Source: Acholeplasmataceae bacterium | GTDB lineage: Bacteria; Bacillota_I; Bacilli_A; Acholeplasmatales; Acholeplasmataceae | DNA: 64,000 nucleotides | Assembly (NCBI GenBank): GCA_963675245.1 | Contig: OY775910.1 | Coordinates: 672,001 to 736,000 of the forward strand | Direction: 5' to 3' | Part shown: in pieces, positions 31,077-40,911 of the stretch | Layout of the letters: each line of letters starts with the position of its first letter | How positions within the stretch are numbered: the first letter of the stretch is position 1 | Position numbers and translations under genes: made by a program | Notes under the pieces: generated by a model | Told to the model about the DNA's origin: nothing | Seen by the model: the letters and a program-made list of their open reading frames with translations, nothing else | Database searches by the model: none

Positions 31077-34000
31077 ATGAATTTCAAACGTTTATTATTA
31101 GCATTTACGTTATTGGTAGCAGCCGTATTTTTAGTTGCATGTACAAACCCAACACAAGTGCTAGAAGAGTCTGAAACGGCATTATTAGAAGAATATGCAG
31201 ATACAATTGCATCTTCAACATATGTTGTTTCCGAAGATTTGACGCTTATCACCTCAGTTGGTGAAGCGACAATTACATGGGCATCAAATAACACAGATGT
31301 ACTCGCAAACGATGGTTCAATTACGAGACAAGCAACACCAACAACTGTCACGTTAACAGCCACTCTAAGCTATGGCGAAGAAACACTTGCCGTACCATTT
31401 ACGATTACAATTGCTGCGATTCCAGATGCAGATCAAGTGGCAACAGCCAAAGCAGCACTAATTGCTAATTATGTAGATACACTTGGTGATGATACATATA
31501 ATGTTACATCTGATCTAACACTCGTTACATCTATTGCAGGTGCCACAGTTTCATGGTCAAGTAGCGATACGGCAATCGTTGCTACAGATGGTACTGTTTC
31601 ACGACCTAGTTATACAGTTGGTAATCAGAATATTACATTAACAGCAACTATTACTGTAGGCACTGCGAGCGATACACAAGTATTCTACGCATATGTAATT
31701 GCTCTTGATGAAACTGATGAAGAAGTTATGGCACCAGTATTCTTAGTCGTGATGGCATTCCCTGAATACGATGGTATTACAGGTGATGAAGATTTCTTAA
31801 GAGTTCAGTATCAAACATATGCTGAAGCGGATCCCGAAAACAATATTGAAGCTGGAGACTATGTTGAAGACGAAAATGGTGATCGTATCGTTGATACATT
31901 CCCATTCTTTGAATCATATGAAATTAAAGGTGAGTACTATGATGTAGCATGGAGTTCAAGTAACACAGATGTCATAGAGTTTATTTATTACACAACAGAC
32001 GCTGAAGGTGATTATCTGGTTGCTGATGTTACAAGACCTGCAATCGGGGAACCTGATGTTGATGTAACATTAACAGCCTCTATTACCTATAATGGCACAG
32101 TATTCACTAGAACAGTTGTATACACAGTATTGGCATACCAACCATCTACAACACTAGCTTCGGTTGCAGACGTTTATAATCAAGAAACAGGTTCATATGT
32201 CAAATTAGAAGGTGTGACCATTGTTGGTAAAGCAGCAGTTGGATTCTTTGTTAGTGATGGGACAACAGTCATGTATGTATATACTGGCGCTGATGATGAA
32301 GACTTAACAAACGCTACAGTTGGCGATGTCATTGATGTTGAAGGTGTTTATGATTTATATTTTGGTACACCAGAATTAGTTGATGAAGTAGGACAACCAA
32401 TCGTTGTAACAGAAAATACAACAGCAACACAAATTCCATTAACTGGTGATGTCACAACTATTGCTGACTTATTAGAAGGTCGTGTTCAACCATCAGGTCA
32501 ATTCCCAATGGAATTTGCATATGTTTCTTTAACAGTTAAAGTCATTGTTGATCCTTCGGATACATATAGTGGATCAAATTATAATACGTATTTAGTTCCA
32601 GTTGATTATGAAGGAACAACAGTCGTTCAAACAGTAAGTAGTGATGGACATGCGATTTCGTATATTCCTGATGATTTACTTATTGTGTACTATGGTTCAA
32701 ATAAAGCAGCAGTAGAAGCGTTGGATGGGAAGATTATTACACTTAATGCATTACTTTATGGTTATCGTAGTGATAGATACATTTGGTATGTTTACTTCTT
32801 AGAAACATCTAATGACATTACTGTTCATTTGACAGACGAAGAATCAGTTGCATTAGCTAAAGAAAATGTTTCTGGTGAATTCTCCCAAACGTTCTATGAA
32901 GGATCTACATTAACATTCCCAGAAACACTTTATGATGCATCCATTTCATATACATCAAGTAATGATGCAATCATCAATCCAGCAACTGGTGCGGTTAATA
33001 TCCCTTCACCTGGTCAAACGGTTACAATTACAGCTAATATCACAAAAGGAACTAATCCTGTTGTAACAGATTCAACAACGTTTGATATTTTCGTTGGTGT
33101 TCCTGAAATTAGCGACATTAATACAGTTACCACAGATGCAGTAGATGGTGACATCGTTCATGTATCTGGTGTTGTGACATCAGGTGAGTATTATGGTGGA
33201 TTTACAATTCAAGATGCTACGGGGGCTATCTTCATTTATGCAGGCGGTAATGCAGATGTAATTGCATTCTTTAACACAAACATCGGTAATGAAGTCAGTG
33301 TATTAGGTGAATATGATATTAGATATGATTTAAGACAAATAAGAGTAGACAGTGACTTTGTAGTGCTTGTTGATGATGGTGCAGTGTTACCAACACCAGC
33401 AGAATTAGAAGGCGTCATGCTTGATTTAGATTCATTAGACACATATCAAAGCGAATTAGTTCACTTAACAAATATGTATGTATCTGATAAGTATGTCACA
33501 TATGGTGATACATATGTAGAACTAGTTAGAACAAATGACGGTGAACAAATCATCTTATCATATAACGATGGTGGTGCAGATCTTTCAACAGAGGCACAAG
33601 CATTGTTAGACTCGATTACAATTGGTGATTTATTAGAAATCACAACTGTTGTTGGTGTGGATTATGGTATTAAATTATTATACACGAATGAAACAATGGT
33701 TACAATTCAAACATTAACTGATGCTGATGCTGTTGGTGCAGCCATCTCAGCTGTCGAAGGATTCTTTGCTGATCGTTATACAGAAGCAGTTACACTTGAT
33801 TTATTAATGGATCCTGCAGGAACAGCAGTCACATATGAATCAGATAGTATGTACTTTGATGAAGCAACCGGTGCAGTTACAATGCCAGCATTATATCAAG
33901 AAATGGTTTCAGTTGACGTAACAGTGACTAAAGGAACTGATCCTGTAGAAACAGACACAACAACAGTAACATTCTATGTTGGTCAAGAAACTATTGAAGC

Positions 34001-35372
34001 TGTCAGAGCATATGCACTAGATACAGAAGTTACAGTTAGAGGTGTTGTGGTTGCCGAAGCAGACGGTACTTTCTATATTCAAGATCCAACAGCAGGTATT
34101 GCTGTTCGTCCAGCATTTGATGATGTTGCAGCATTGCATGGTTATGTAGGAGATCTTATAGAAGTATCTGGTGCCATTAAAGACTACTATGGTTTAATAC
34201 AAATTGGTGGTACAGTTACATTTGAACTTGTCAGTGATACTGCAACAGCAGAAGTTGCTACAGATATCTCAGCGTTTGATTGGGAAGACGACGTAGTTAT
34301 GGCAAATTACCAAGGTACATGGGCTACATTAAGCCAAATGTTAATTACAAGTATCTACACATCAGGTAGCGGTAATGTAACATTCTACCTTACAAGAGTT
34401 AGCGATGAAGCTGAGTTCAAATTATACAAAGATGTTGATATTGACTTCTCAACTGAACAACAAGCTGTCATGGACGGATTAGCAGTGAACGATGTTATTG
34501 ATGTAGAATCAGTTATTGGCTGGTATAATGGTGCACAATTCTTATACACTGAAGAATCTGTCATAGCTGAAGTTACTGCTGGAGATGCAGAATTACTCTA
34601 CATTGATGCCAATGCATTAGTATTACCTACAACAGCTACTGAAGCCGGTTTATTATTAGATCCTGATACACTTCCAGTTCTTGGTGATAATGGCTCTACA
34701 ATTGCATGGCAAACATCAGATGCAGCTATTATTGATGCTACTGGTTTAGTTGTTCTTCCTTCAGAAGCAGCCGATGTTACTTTAACAGCAACATTTACCT
34801 TAAATGGCGAAACTCCAATCGTTAAAGAATATGTTGTTTCAGTTGTAGGTTCAGTTGCAGTTGTTGTTTCAGACCTATTCATTTCAGAAGTACTAGACTG
34901 GGATGGTGGTACAAACAAAGCAGTTGAAATTTACAATGGTACTGGTGCAACAGTAAACCTGCTTGCATATAGTATTCAAACAAACTCTAACGCAAACATT
35001 ACTTGGACCTCAACTACTGCATTTCCAGATGTAGACTTACTTCCAGGAGAAACATTTGTTCTTGCTAATGTAGTAGAACCAGCATTAGTAGAACTCAGAG
35101 ATTTTATTTCAACAGTTAATTTTAATGGTAATGATGCAGTTGGGCTATTCAAAGATGGTGTTCTTATCGACATCTTTGGTGTATTTGGAGAAGACCCAAC
35201 CGCTACCGGATGGACAATCACTGGAGGAACAACTACAAACACCGCTGTTGTTAGAAATTCAGGTTTAACAAGCCCATATGTTAATGATAGTGGAACATAC
35301 CCAATGTGGGATCCTACTCAATGGACATCTTATGATGATGCAGCACATAGTTTAGGTACACATGTTAATTAA
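31077..35372 (+). CDS. Giant acidic surface lipoprotein: Ig-like repeats, repeated OB-fold modules, C-terminal lamin-tail domain
   Basis: Lipobox LVAC; WxSSxxxxxxxDG..VTLTAT Ig repeats; three modules like VxGVV..F.IQD.TG.I...GD...V.G....Y; LFISE..AVEIYNGTG..FNGNDAVGL. Confidence 0.8.
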   Translation: MNFKRLLLAFTLLVAAVFLVACTNPTQVLEESETALLEEYADTIASSTYVVSEDLTLITSVGEATITWASNNTDVLANDGSITRQATPTTVTLTATLSYGEETLAVPFTITIAAIPDADQVATAKAALIANYVDTLGDDTYNVTSDLTLVTSIAGATVSWSSSDTAIVATDGTVSRPSYTVGNQNITLTATITVGTASDTQVFYAYVIALDETDEEVMAPVFLVVMAFPEYDGITGDEDFLRVQYQTYAEADPENNIEAGDYVEDENGDRIVDTFPFFESYEIKGEYYDVAWSSSNTDVIEFIYYTTDAEGDYLVADVTRPAIGEPDVDVTLTASITYNGTVFTRTVVYTVLAYQPSTTLASVADVYNQETGSYVKLEGVTIVGKAAVGFFVSDGTTVMYVYTGADDEDLTNATVGDVIDVEGVYDLYFGTPELVDEVGQPIVVTENTTATQIPLTGDVTTIADLLEGRVQPSGQFPMEFAYVSLTVKVIVDPSDTYSGSNYNTYLVPVDYEGTTVVQTVSSDGHAISYIPDDLLIVYYGSNKAAVEALDGKIITLNALLYGYRSDRYIWYVYFLETSNDITVHLTDEESVALAKENVSGEFSQTFYEGSTLTFPETLYDASISYTSSNDAIINPATGAVNIPSPGQTVTITANITKGTNPVVTDSTTFDIFVGVPEISDINTVTTDAVDGDIVHVSGVVTSGEYYGGFTIQDATGAIFIYAGGNADVIAFFNTNIGNEVSVLGEYDIRYDLRQIRVDSDFVVLVDDGAVLPTPAELEGVMLDLDSLDTYQSELVHLTNMYVSDKYVTYGDTYVELVRTNDGEQIILSYNDGGADLSTEAQALLDSITIGDLLEITTVVGVDYGIKLLYTNETMVTIQTLTDADAVGAAISAVEGFFADRYTEAVTLDLLMDPAGTAVTYESDSMYFDEATGAVTMPALYQEMVSVDVTVTKGTDPVETDTTTVTFYVGQETIEAVRAYALDTEVTVRGVVVAEADGTFYIQDPTAGIAVRPAFDDVAALHGYVGDLIEVSGAIKDYYGLIQIGGTVTFELVSDTATAEVATDISAFDWEDDVVMANYQGTWATLSQMLITSIYTSGSGNVTFYLTRVSDEAEFKLYKDVDIDFSTEQQAVMDGLAVNDVIDVESVIGWYNGAQFLYTEESVIAEVTAGDAELLYIDANALVLPTTATEAGLLLDPDTLPVLGDNGSTIAWQTSDAAIIDATGLVVLPSEAADVTLTATFTLNGETPIVKEYVVSVVGSVAVVVSDLFISEVLDWDGGTNKAVEIYNGTGATVNLLAYSIQTNSNANITWTSTTAFPDVDLLPGETFVLANVVEPALVELRDFISTVNFNGNDAVGLFKDGVLIDIFGVFGEDPTATGWTITGGTTTNTAVVRNSGLTSPYVNDSGTYPMWDPTQWTSYDDAAHSLGTHVN

Positions 35373-35396
35373 GAACAACCAGATTTAACTAATTTT

Positions 35397-35431
35397 AAAG
35401 GACCAAATCAAAGCTGATTTGGTCCTTTTTA
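35397..35431 (+). terminator. Strong intrinsic terminator
   Basis: 14-bp stem AAAGGACCAAATCA/TGATTTGGTCCTTT. Confidence 0.85.
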
Positions 35432-35517
35432 ATTGCTATAATTAAGGAGTATTTCTTCATTTATAACATCTAAAATGTTATAATATGTTTGTAGGTTTTA
35501 TGATAAGGAGTTACATT

Positions 35518-37146
35518 ATGAAAAAAGTACTATTGGTTTTTACTTTGATATTATTACTTACTTTAGTTGCTTGTTCAGGCAGTCCCAGACTACCAGAATT
35601 AAGTGGACAAACTGAAGTTGAAGTTACTCAAACGTTGTCTGATTTAGATATTCAATTCAATATAATGTATATTGAAAGTAATACAATTGAGACAGGTTAT
35701 TTTATTTCTTATGACATTGTCAATGTTGGTGATCGTGTTGACAGTGAAACAGTAGTTATAGTTTATATTGCTGACAATGGTTACTTATTACCTGATTTAA
35801 CGGGTGAAACTGAAGCAGATGTAATTGCGACATTAGATGAACTTGGTATTACATATGAAATCTTATATGAACATAATTACTCTCTAAGTGATTATGCTTT
35901 TAGTCGTTATGAAATGTATAACGCAAACGAAAACGTGCCAAAAGATGAAACACTTCAAGTTTATATAACTTGGAATGGCTCTTTCCTTCCTGATTTAAGT
36001 AGTATGTATAGGAGTCAAATTGAAGCTGCTATGGCATATGATTTTATTCAAAACTATACATTCGAATATATAATAAATGATAACATGCCAGAAGATTTGT
36101 TTTCAAACTATGATGGATACGAGGCAGGCAGTCCAGCAGTGGAAGAGGGAATGATTACTATATATCTATATAAAAATACATTTACAAATAGTATGTCAGC
36201 TTTATTTATATCTAAATATCTAGATGGAGAAAATAACGATCGTGCCATTGAATTATATAATCCAACTGATCAAAGTATTGATTTATCATATTATCATCTA
36301 TCTATATTCACAAATGGTTCTTATGAAGAGACCTTTAGAATTGAATTGAGTGGTATGTTGACTGCACAAGAAACCTATTTAATTGTTTATGGTGGATCTA
36401 AACAAGAACTGTTGGATAAGGCAGATAATGTCAGCAATCGATTATTTTATGACGGGAATGATGTCATTCAATTAAGATATTCAAATGAAACATACATTGA
36501 TACCATTTATGCTTTAGGTGAAACACTATTTATTATGGAAGATGAACTATTTATACGAAACGAAGATACAGTAGTAGGCTCAAGAACATTCAACCTTAAC
36601 CAGTGGGATGCATATGTACCTGATTATTATGAAAGTTTTGATGATGGCATGTTTCCACTTGCAAAACCAGAATCATTTACGATTGATTCTGAGTATTTAC
36701 AAAATACATTCGGAAGTTTATTAGTAAGCGGCATGATCGAAGTGACACCATCTACTATCAATGATGGTGACACTATAGCATTTACACCAGGATTTACGCA
36801 GGACAAACGTGTTCGCTTCTTAGGTGTAGACACTCCCGAAACATACCCAATAATAGATCCGTGGGGATTAGAAGCGAAAGCATTCACAACAAGTGTGGTA
36901 GAAGCGGGTACAGTATTTTATCTTCAAAGTGATCCAGAATTAGGAACGAATGACACATATGGAAGAACACTTGCTTATGTTTGGGTTGATGGCGTCATGC
37001 TTAATTATGAATTAGTTAAAAATGGATATTCCTTTAATTACTTAAGTTCAGAATCCAGAATTATTTTTGAACACAGATACTTGTTTAGGTGGTTCCAAGA
37101 TGCTGAAAAGTATGCTTCAGAACATGAATTAGGTATTCATAGTTAA
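35518..37146 (+). CDS. Lipoprotein with PASTA-like repeats, lamin-tail domain and thermonuclease (SNase) domain
   Basis: Start at 35518 (AAGGAG RBS); lipobox LVAC; LPxLxG repeats; LFISKY..AIELYNPT..DGNDVIQL; DGDTI, VRFLGVDTPET, DTYGRTLAYV. Confidence 0.88.
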   Translation: MKKVLLVFTLILLLTLVACSGSPRLPELSGQTEVEVTQTLSDLDIQFNIMYIESNTIETGYFISYDIVNVGDRVDSETVVIVYIADNGYLLPDLTGETEADVIATLDELGITYEILYEHNYSLSDYAFSRYEMYNANENVPKDETLQVYITWNGSFLPDLSSMYRSQIEAAMAYDFIQNYTFEYIINDNMPEDLFSNYDGYEAGSPAVEEGMITIYLYKNTFTNSMSALFISKYLDGENNDRAIELYNPTDQSIDLSYYHLSIFTNGSYEETFRIELSGMLTAQETYLIVYGGSKQELLDKADNVSNRLFYDGNDVIQLRYSNETYIDTIYALGETLFIMEDELFIRNEDTVVGSRTFNLNQWDAYVPDYYESFDDGMFPLAKPESFTIDSEYLQNTFGSLLVSGMIEVTPSTINDGDTIAFTPGFTQDKRVRFLGVDTPETYPIIDPWGLEAKAFTTSVVEAGTVFYLQSDPELGTNDTYGRTLAYVWVDGVMLNYELVKNGYSFNYLSSESRIIFEHRYLFRWFQDAEKYASEHELGIHS

Positions 37147-37982
37147 TGAAGATTGTTGGTAGAGTTGCATATGCGATACTCGCTGTATTTGTTTTTTGGT
37201 TCGCGATTGATTATGCAAGAGGGAGAATGGAATTCAGATACTTTTCTGATAAAGGAGAAGAAGCCATCACTTTGGGTGATGATGCTTTCTTTTATGGGGG
37301 CGGTAGAGATTACAGTAATGAGACGATACTATTTGAAATCGATACCAATGGTTATCGTATTGCTATTTACGAAGTTGCTGATGCTACATTAACTGATGAT
37401 GCATTAAATGTAGAAACATATGTATATGGTCTTTTGTTTTCAGATGCTGATCTTGAAGATATATACGAAATCTCATTTGTTTCATCCACATCAACTATTC
37501 AAACAACCTTCGTTTTATTTCAACCATATTTAAATGTAGGCATGATGGTTAATGAAGATAGCAACCAGTATGGCATACTTTCTTCAAAACTTTTGGCGAA
37601 AAATTTTGACACAATAATATTAAGCGATGAAACAGGTAAAGAACTTGCAAATGTAGATTTTTCCATACAATCATCACAATTTATTTTGGAAAAAGAATTA
37701 AACACATTTTATAACGACAATCAGACACTGCCGCTTAATCAACTAACAAGTATTGGTATTTATCCAAGATTTACACATTCATTAGAACCTTATATGAACA
37801 TTTTATATTTATCATTGGGTGTTTATGTGGTTGCTGTAGCGTTCAGCTTTTATGTTTTGTTTGTGTTGAGAAAGAAATTTATGGGTAAAAAGAATCCTTC
37901 TGTTTATTTCAAGAAAGAACAATATAAATATAAAGAAACTGATGTAACAGAAAAATTAGAATCAAGGGAGGAAATAAAATGA
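37146..37982 (+). CDS. Hypothetical membrane protein (N- and C-terminal TM helices flanking an external domain)
   Basis: 278-aa ORF whose start and stop overlap both neighbours. Confidence 0.7.
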   Translation: MKIVGRVAYAILAVFVFWFAIDYARGRMEFRYFSDKGEEAITLGDDAFFYGGGRDYSNETILFEIDTNGYRIAIYEVADATLTDDALNVETYVYGLLFSDADLEDIYEISFVSSTSTIQTTFVLFQPYLNVGMMVNEDSNQYGILSSKLLAKNFDTIILSDETGKELANVDFSIQSSQFILEKELNTFYNDNQTLPLNQLTSIGIYPRFTHSLEPYMNILYLSLGVYVVAVAFSFYVLFVLRKKFMGKKNPSVYFKKEQYKYKETDVTEKLESREEIK

Positions 37983-38947
37983 ACGTATTAGTTGTCGGTG
38001 GTGCTGGATATATTGGAAGTCATACAGTCTATGAACTAATTAGAGCGAAACATAATGTAATTGTCTTTGATAATCTATCAACAGGACATAGAGCATTTGT
38101 TCCTGCGAAAGCTAAATTCTATGAAGGCGATATTACAGTAAAAGAAGATTTAAAAACAGTTTTCGAAAATGAAAAGATTGATGCTGTAATGCATTTTGCT
38201 GCTAAGATTGTTGTTCCTGAATCTGTCGAAAAGCCTTTGGAATATTATAAAAACAACGTTGAAGGTGTTCGTGTACTTTTAGAAGTTATGAATGACTTTA
38301 GTGTTAAGACATTTATTTTTTCATCAACTGCAGCCGTATATGGTGATGCCAAAGGTGTATGCAAAGAAACAGATATACCTGCACCAATTAATCCTTATGG
38401 AGAAACAAAGTTGGCCGTTGAAAGAATGGTAAAATGGACGGCTAAAGCATATGATATGCATTATGTTATTTTTAGATATTTCAATGTTGCTGGAGCAGAC
38501 AAAACATTAGAAATTGGATATAAAGTTGATAAACCTACACACCTTGTACCAATCGCAAATGAAGCAGCTTTAGGTATCAGAGATCACTTAGATATTTATG
38601 GAAATGACTATGATACTAAAGATGGCACATGTGTGAGAGATTTTGTACATGTCACGGATTTAGCACAAGCCCACGTTCTAGGTGTTGAATACTTAAGCCG
38701 TGGTGGTGAATCTCAAACGATCAACTTAGGATCAAATAATGGGTTCAGCAATCTAGAAGTAGTTAAAACCTTGGAAACGATTCATCCTGTAAAATATAGG
38801 TTTGCTAAAAGACGTGCGGGAGATCCTGCCATTTTGATTGCATCAAACGATCGTGCAAAAGAGATACTTGGTTGGGCACCAAAATTATCACTTGCTGATA
38901 TGATTAAATCTGATTTAGAATTTCATAAAAAGACACTTAATATGTAA
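37979..38947 (+). CDS. galE: UDP-glucose 4-epimerase
   Basis: GGAGYIGSH, FSSTAAVYG, YGETK, RYFNVAGA, DGTCVRDFVHV. Confidence 0.95.
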   Translation: MNVLVVGGAGYIGSHTVYELIRAKHNVIVFDNLSTGHRAFVPAKAKFYEGDITVKEDLKTVFENEKIDAVMHFAAKIVVPESVEKPLEYYKNNVEGVRVLLEVMNDFSVKTFIFSSTAAVYGDAKGVCKETDIPAPINPYGETKLAVERMVKWTAKAYDMHYVIFRYFNVAGADKTLEIGYKVDKPTHLVPIANEAALGIRDHLDIYGNDYDTKDGTCVRDFVHVTDLAQAHVLGVEYLSRGGESQTINLGSNNGFSNLEVVKTLETIHPVKYRFAKRRAGDPAILIASNDRAKEILGWAPKLSLADMIKSDLEFHKKTLNM

Positions 38948-38954
38948 TTAAAAG

Positions 38955-38991
38955 AGATAGAAAGAGCGAGTAATAATCGCTTTTTCTATCT
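38955..38991 (+). terminator. Hairpin after galE
   Basis: AGATAGAAAGAGCGA/TCGCTTTTTCTATCT. Confidence 0.6.
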
Positions 38992-39032
38992 AAATGTGTT
39001 ATACTATTCTAATCCGTTGAAAGGATGATTTG

Positions 39033-39992
39033 ATGGCGATTATTAACGATATAAAACAAAAAATAGAAATGTATGATACGATTATCATACACAGACATTC
39101 ACGACCGGATATGGATGCGATTGGAAGCCAATATGGGTTGAAATTATTACTCCAAGAAAACTATCCAAAAAAGCATATTTATGTGGTCGGTGATTGTAAT
39201 AAAATGTGTTATAAAGCAACTATGGATAACATTGGGGATATGGCTTACAAAGGCGCATTATCGGTTATTACGGATGTAGCTGTAAAGCATATGATTAGTG
39301 ATGAAAGATATACTCTAGCAAAAGAAACAATCATCATCGATCATCATAGAAATGATATGGATGTTGATCAAGTTTCTATTTTTTATAGAGATGCTGATTT
39401 TGCATCTGCAGCAGAGATGATTGTCGATATGGCAAAAAAACTTAATTGGAAAGTAAGCAAGGAAGCGGCAACATATTTATATGGTGGTATGGTAACAGAT
39501 ACAGGCAGATTTATGTTTTTAAATAATGCGAGTAAAACATTTGAGCTCGCTTCATATATCACATCGTTCGAACCCGATATTCAAGAATTCTATAATTACA
39601 TTTATACTGAACCTCTTAAGAAAAGACAAGTTAAAAATTTGTTTTCAACATTTGATGTAACAGAACATCAGGTTGCCTATAGAAAAAATAATAAGCAACT
39701 TGTTAAAGAATCGGGACTGGATTTCCAATCAGTCAGTAGAGGTATGATTAATCAAATGGCGGGAATTGAAGAAATACCGATCTGGTTAAGTTTTACAGAA
39801 GATGAAGAAAACGATGTTATCGTTGGTGAGTTTAGATCAAGAGGAATTACGATTGTTGATATCGCCAAAAATTATGGTGGCGGCGGACACAATAATGCAT
39901 GTGGCGCAAGTTTTAATGACTGGCATACAGTCGATCAAATCATAAAAGACTTCGATGAAAGGGCAAAGAAATATGAAAAGAATACTAGATAA
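39033..39992 (+). CDS. nrnA: DHH/DHHA1 bifunctional oligoribonuclease/pAp phosphatase, copy 1
   Basis: HSRPDMDA, IIDHH, TDTGRF, GGGGHNNACG. Confidence 0.88.
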   Translation: MAIINDIKQKIEMYDTIIIHRHSRPDMDAIGSQYGLKLLLQENYPKKHIYVVGDCNKMCYKATMDNIGDMAYKGALSVITDVAVKHMISDERYTLAKETIIIDHHRNDMDVDQVSIFYRDADFASAAEMIVDMAKKLNWKVSKEAATYLYGGMVTDTGRFMFLNNASKTFELASYITSFEPDIQEFYNYIYTEPLKKRQVKNLFSTFDVTEHQVAYRKNNKQLVKESGLDFQSVSRGMINQMAGIEEIPIWLSFTEDEENDVIVGEFRSRGITIVDIAKNYGGGGHNNACGASFNDWHTVDQIIKDFDERAKKYEKNTR

Positions 39993-40911
39993 AATTAAAG
40001 CATATGATACGATTATCATTCACGGACATAAACGTCCTGATGGGGATTGTTATGGTTCACAGTTTGGATTGAAGGATATGATTAAACAAACATATAGACA
40101 TAAGAAGGTTTATGTTGTTGGTCAATCATCATCATATGTTGACTATGTTGGTCAAGTAGATATAATTGAAGATAATGTTTATGAAGGTGCGTTATCCATT
40201 GTTGTTGATACAGCGATTCAAGATCGTATTAGTGATCCAAGATATGTCAAAGGTAAAGAGATTATTAAAATTGATCACCACATTCCCGTTGAAGATTATG
40301 GTGATCTCATTTGGGTTGACACGACCTTTCCTTCGTGTGCACAAATGATTGCCTATTTTTACTACAAATTTAAGAACGAATTAAAGCTTTCTAAAGAAGG
40401 AGCAATCGCACTTTATACAGGGATTGTTACTGATACAGGAAGATTCAGATATCGTGGCGTTTCAAAATTGACACATCAACTTGCAGGGATTCTTCTAGAA
40501 AAAGGTGTTGACGTTGAATTCATTGACAGTCAATTATCAAAAGAATCATTACCGATGGTTGCATTAAAAGGGTATGTCTATACACATTATGTCACTGAAG
40601 GTGGATTCATATTTGTCAAAATGACAAGAGATGTGATCGAAGATCATCATGTGACAGACGAACAAGCAGCATCTGTTGTGAACGCGTTAGGTGGTATTGA
40701 TGGTTATCCGGTATGGGCACTCTTTATTGAGTATCCAAACGAAATTAGAATAAGACTCCGTTCATCTGGACCGACGATTAATGAACTAGCTAATCGTTAT
40801 GGTGGCGGAGGACATGCAAAAGCATCCGGTGCGAGACTTGAAAACTGGGATCAATTAGAGGCTTTTGTAAACGATGTGAATGAAGTGATAAACGAATGGA
40901 AGAACAATTAA
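39973..40911 (+). CDS. nrnA: DHH/DHHA1 bifunctional oligoribonuclease/pAp phosphatase, copy 2
   Basis: HKRPDGDC, KIDHH, TDTGRF, GGGGHAKASG. Confidence 0.88.
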   Translation: MKRILDKIKAYDTIIIHGHKRPDGDCYGSQFGLKDMIKQTYRHKKVYVVGQSSSYVDYVGQVDIIEDNVYEGALSIVVDTAIQDRISDPRYVKGKEIIKIDHHIPVEDYGDLIWVDTTFPSCAQMIAYFYYKFKNELKLSKEGAIALYTGIVTDTGRFRYRGVSKLTHQLAGILLEKGVDVEFIDSQLSKESLPMVALKGYVYTHYVTEGGFIFVKMTRDVIEDHHVTDEQAASVVNALGGIDGYPVWALFIEYPNEIRIRLRSSGPTINELANRYGGGGHAKASGARLENWDQLEAFVNDVNEVINEWKNN

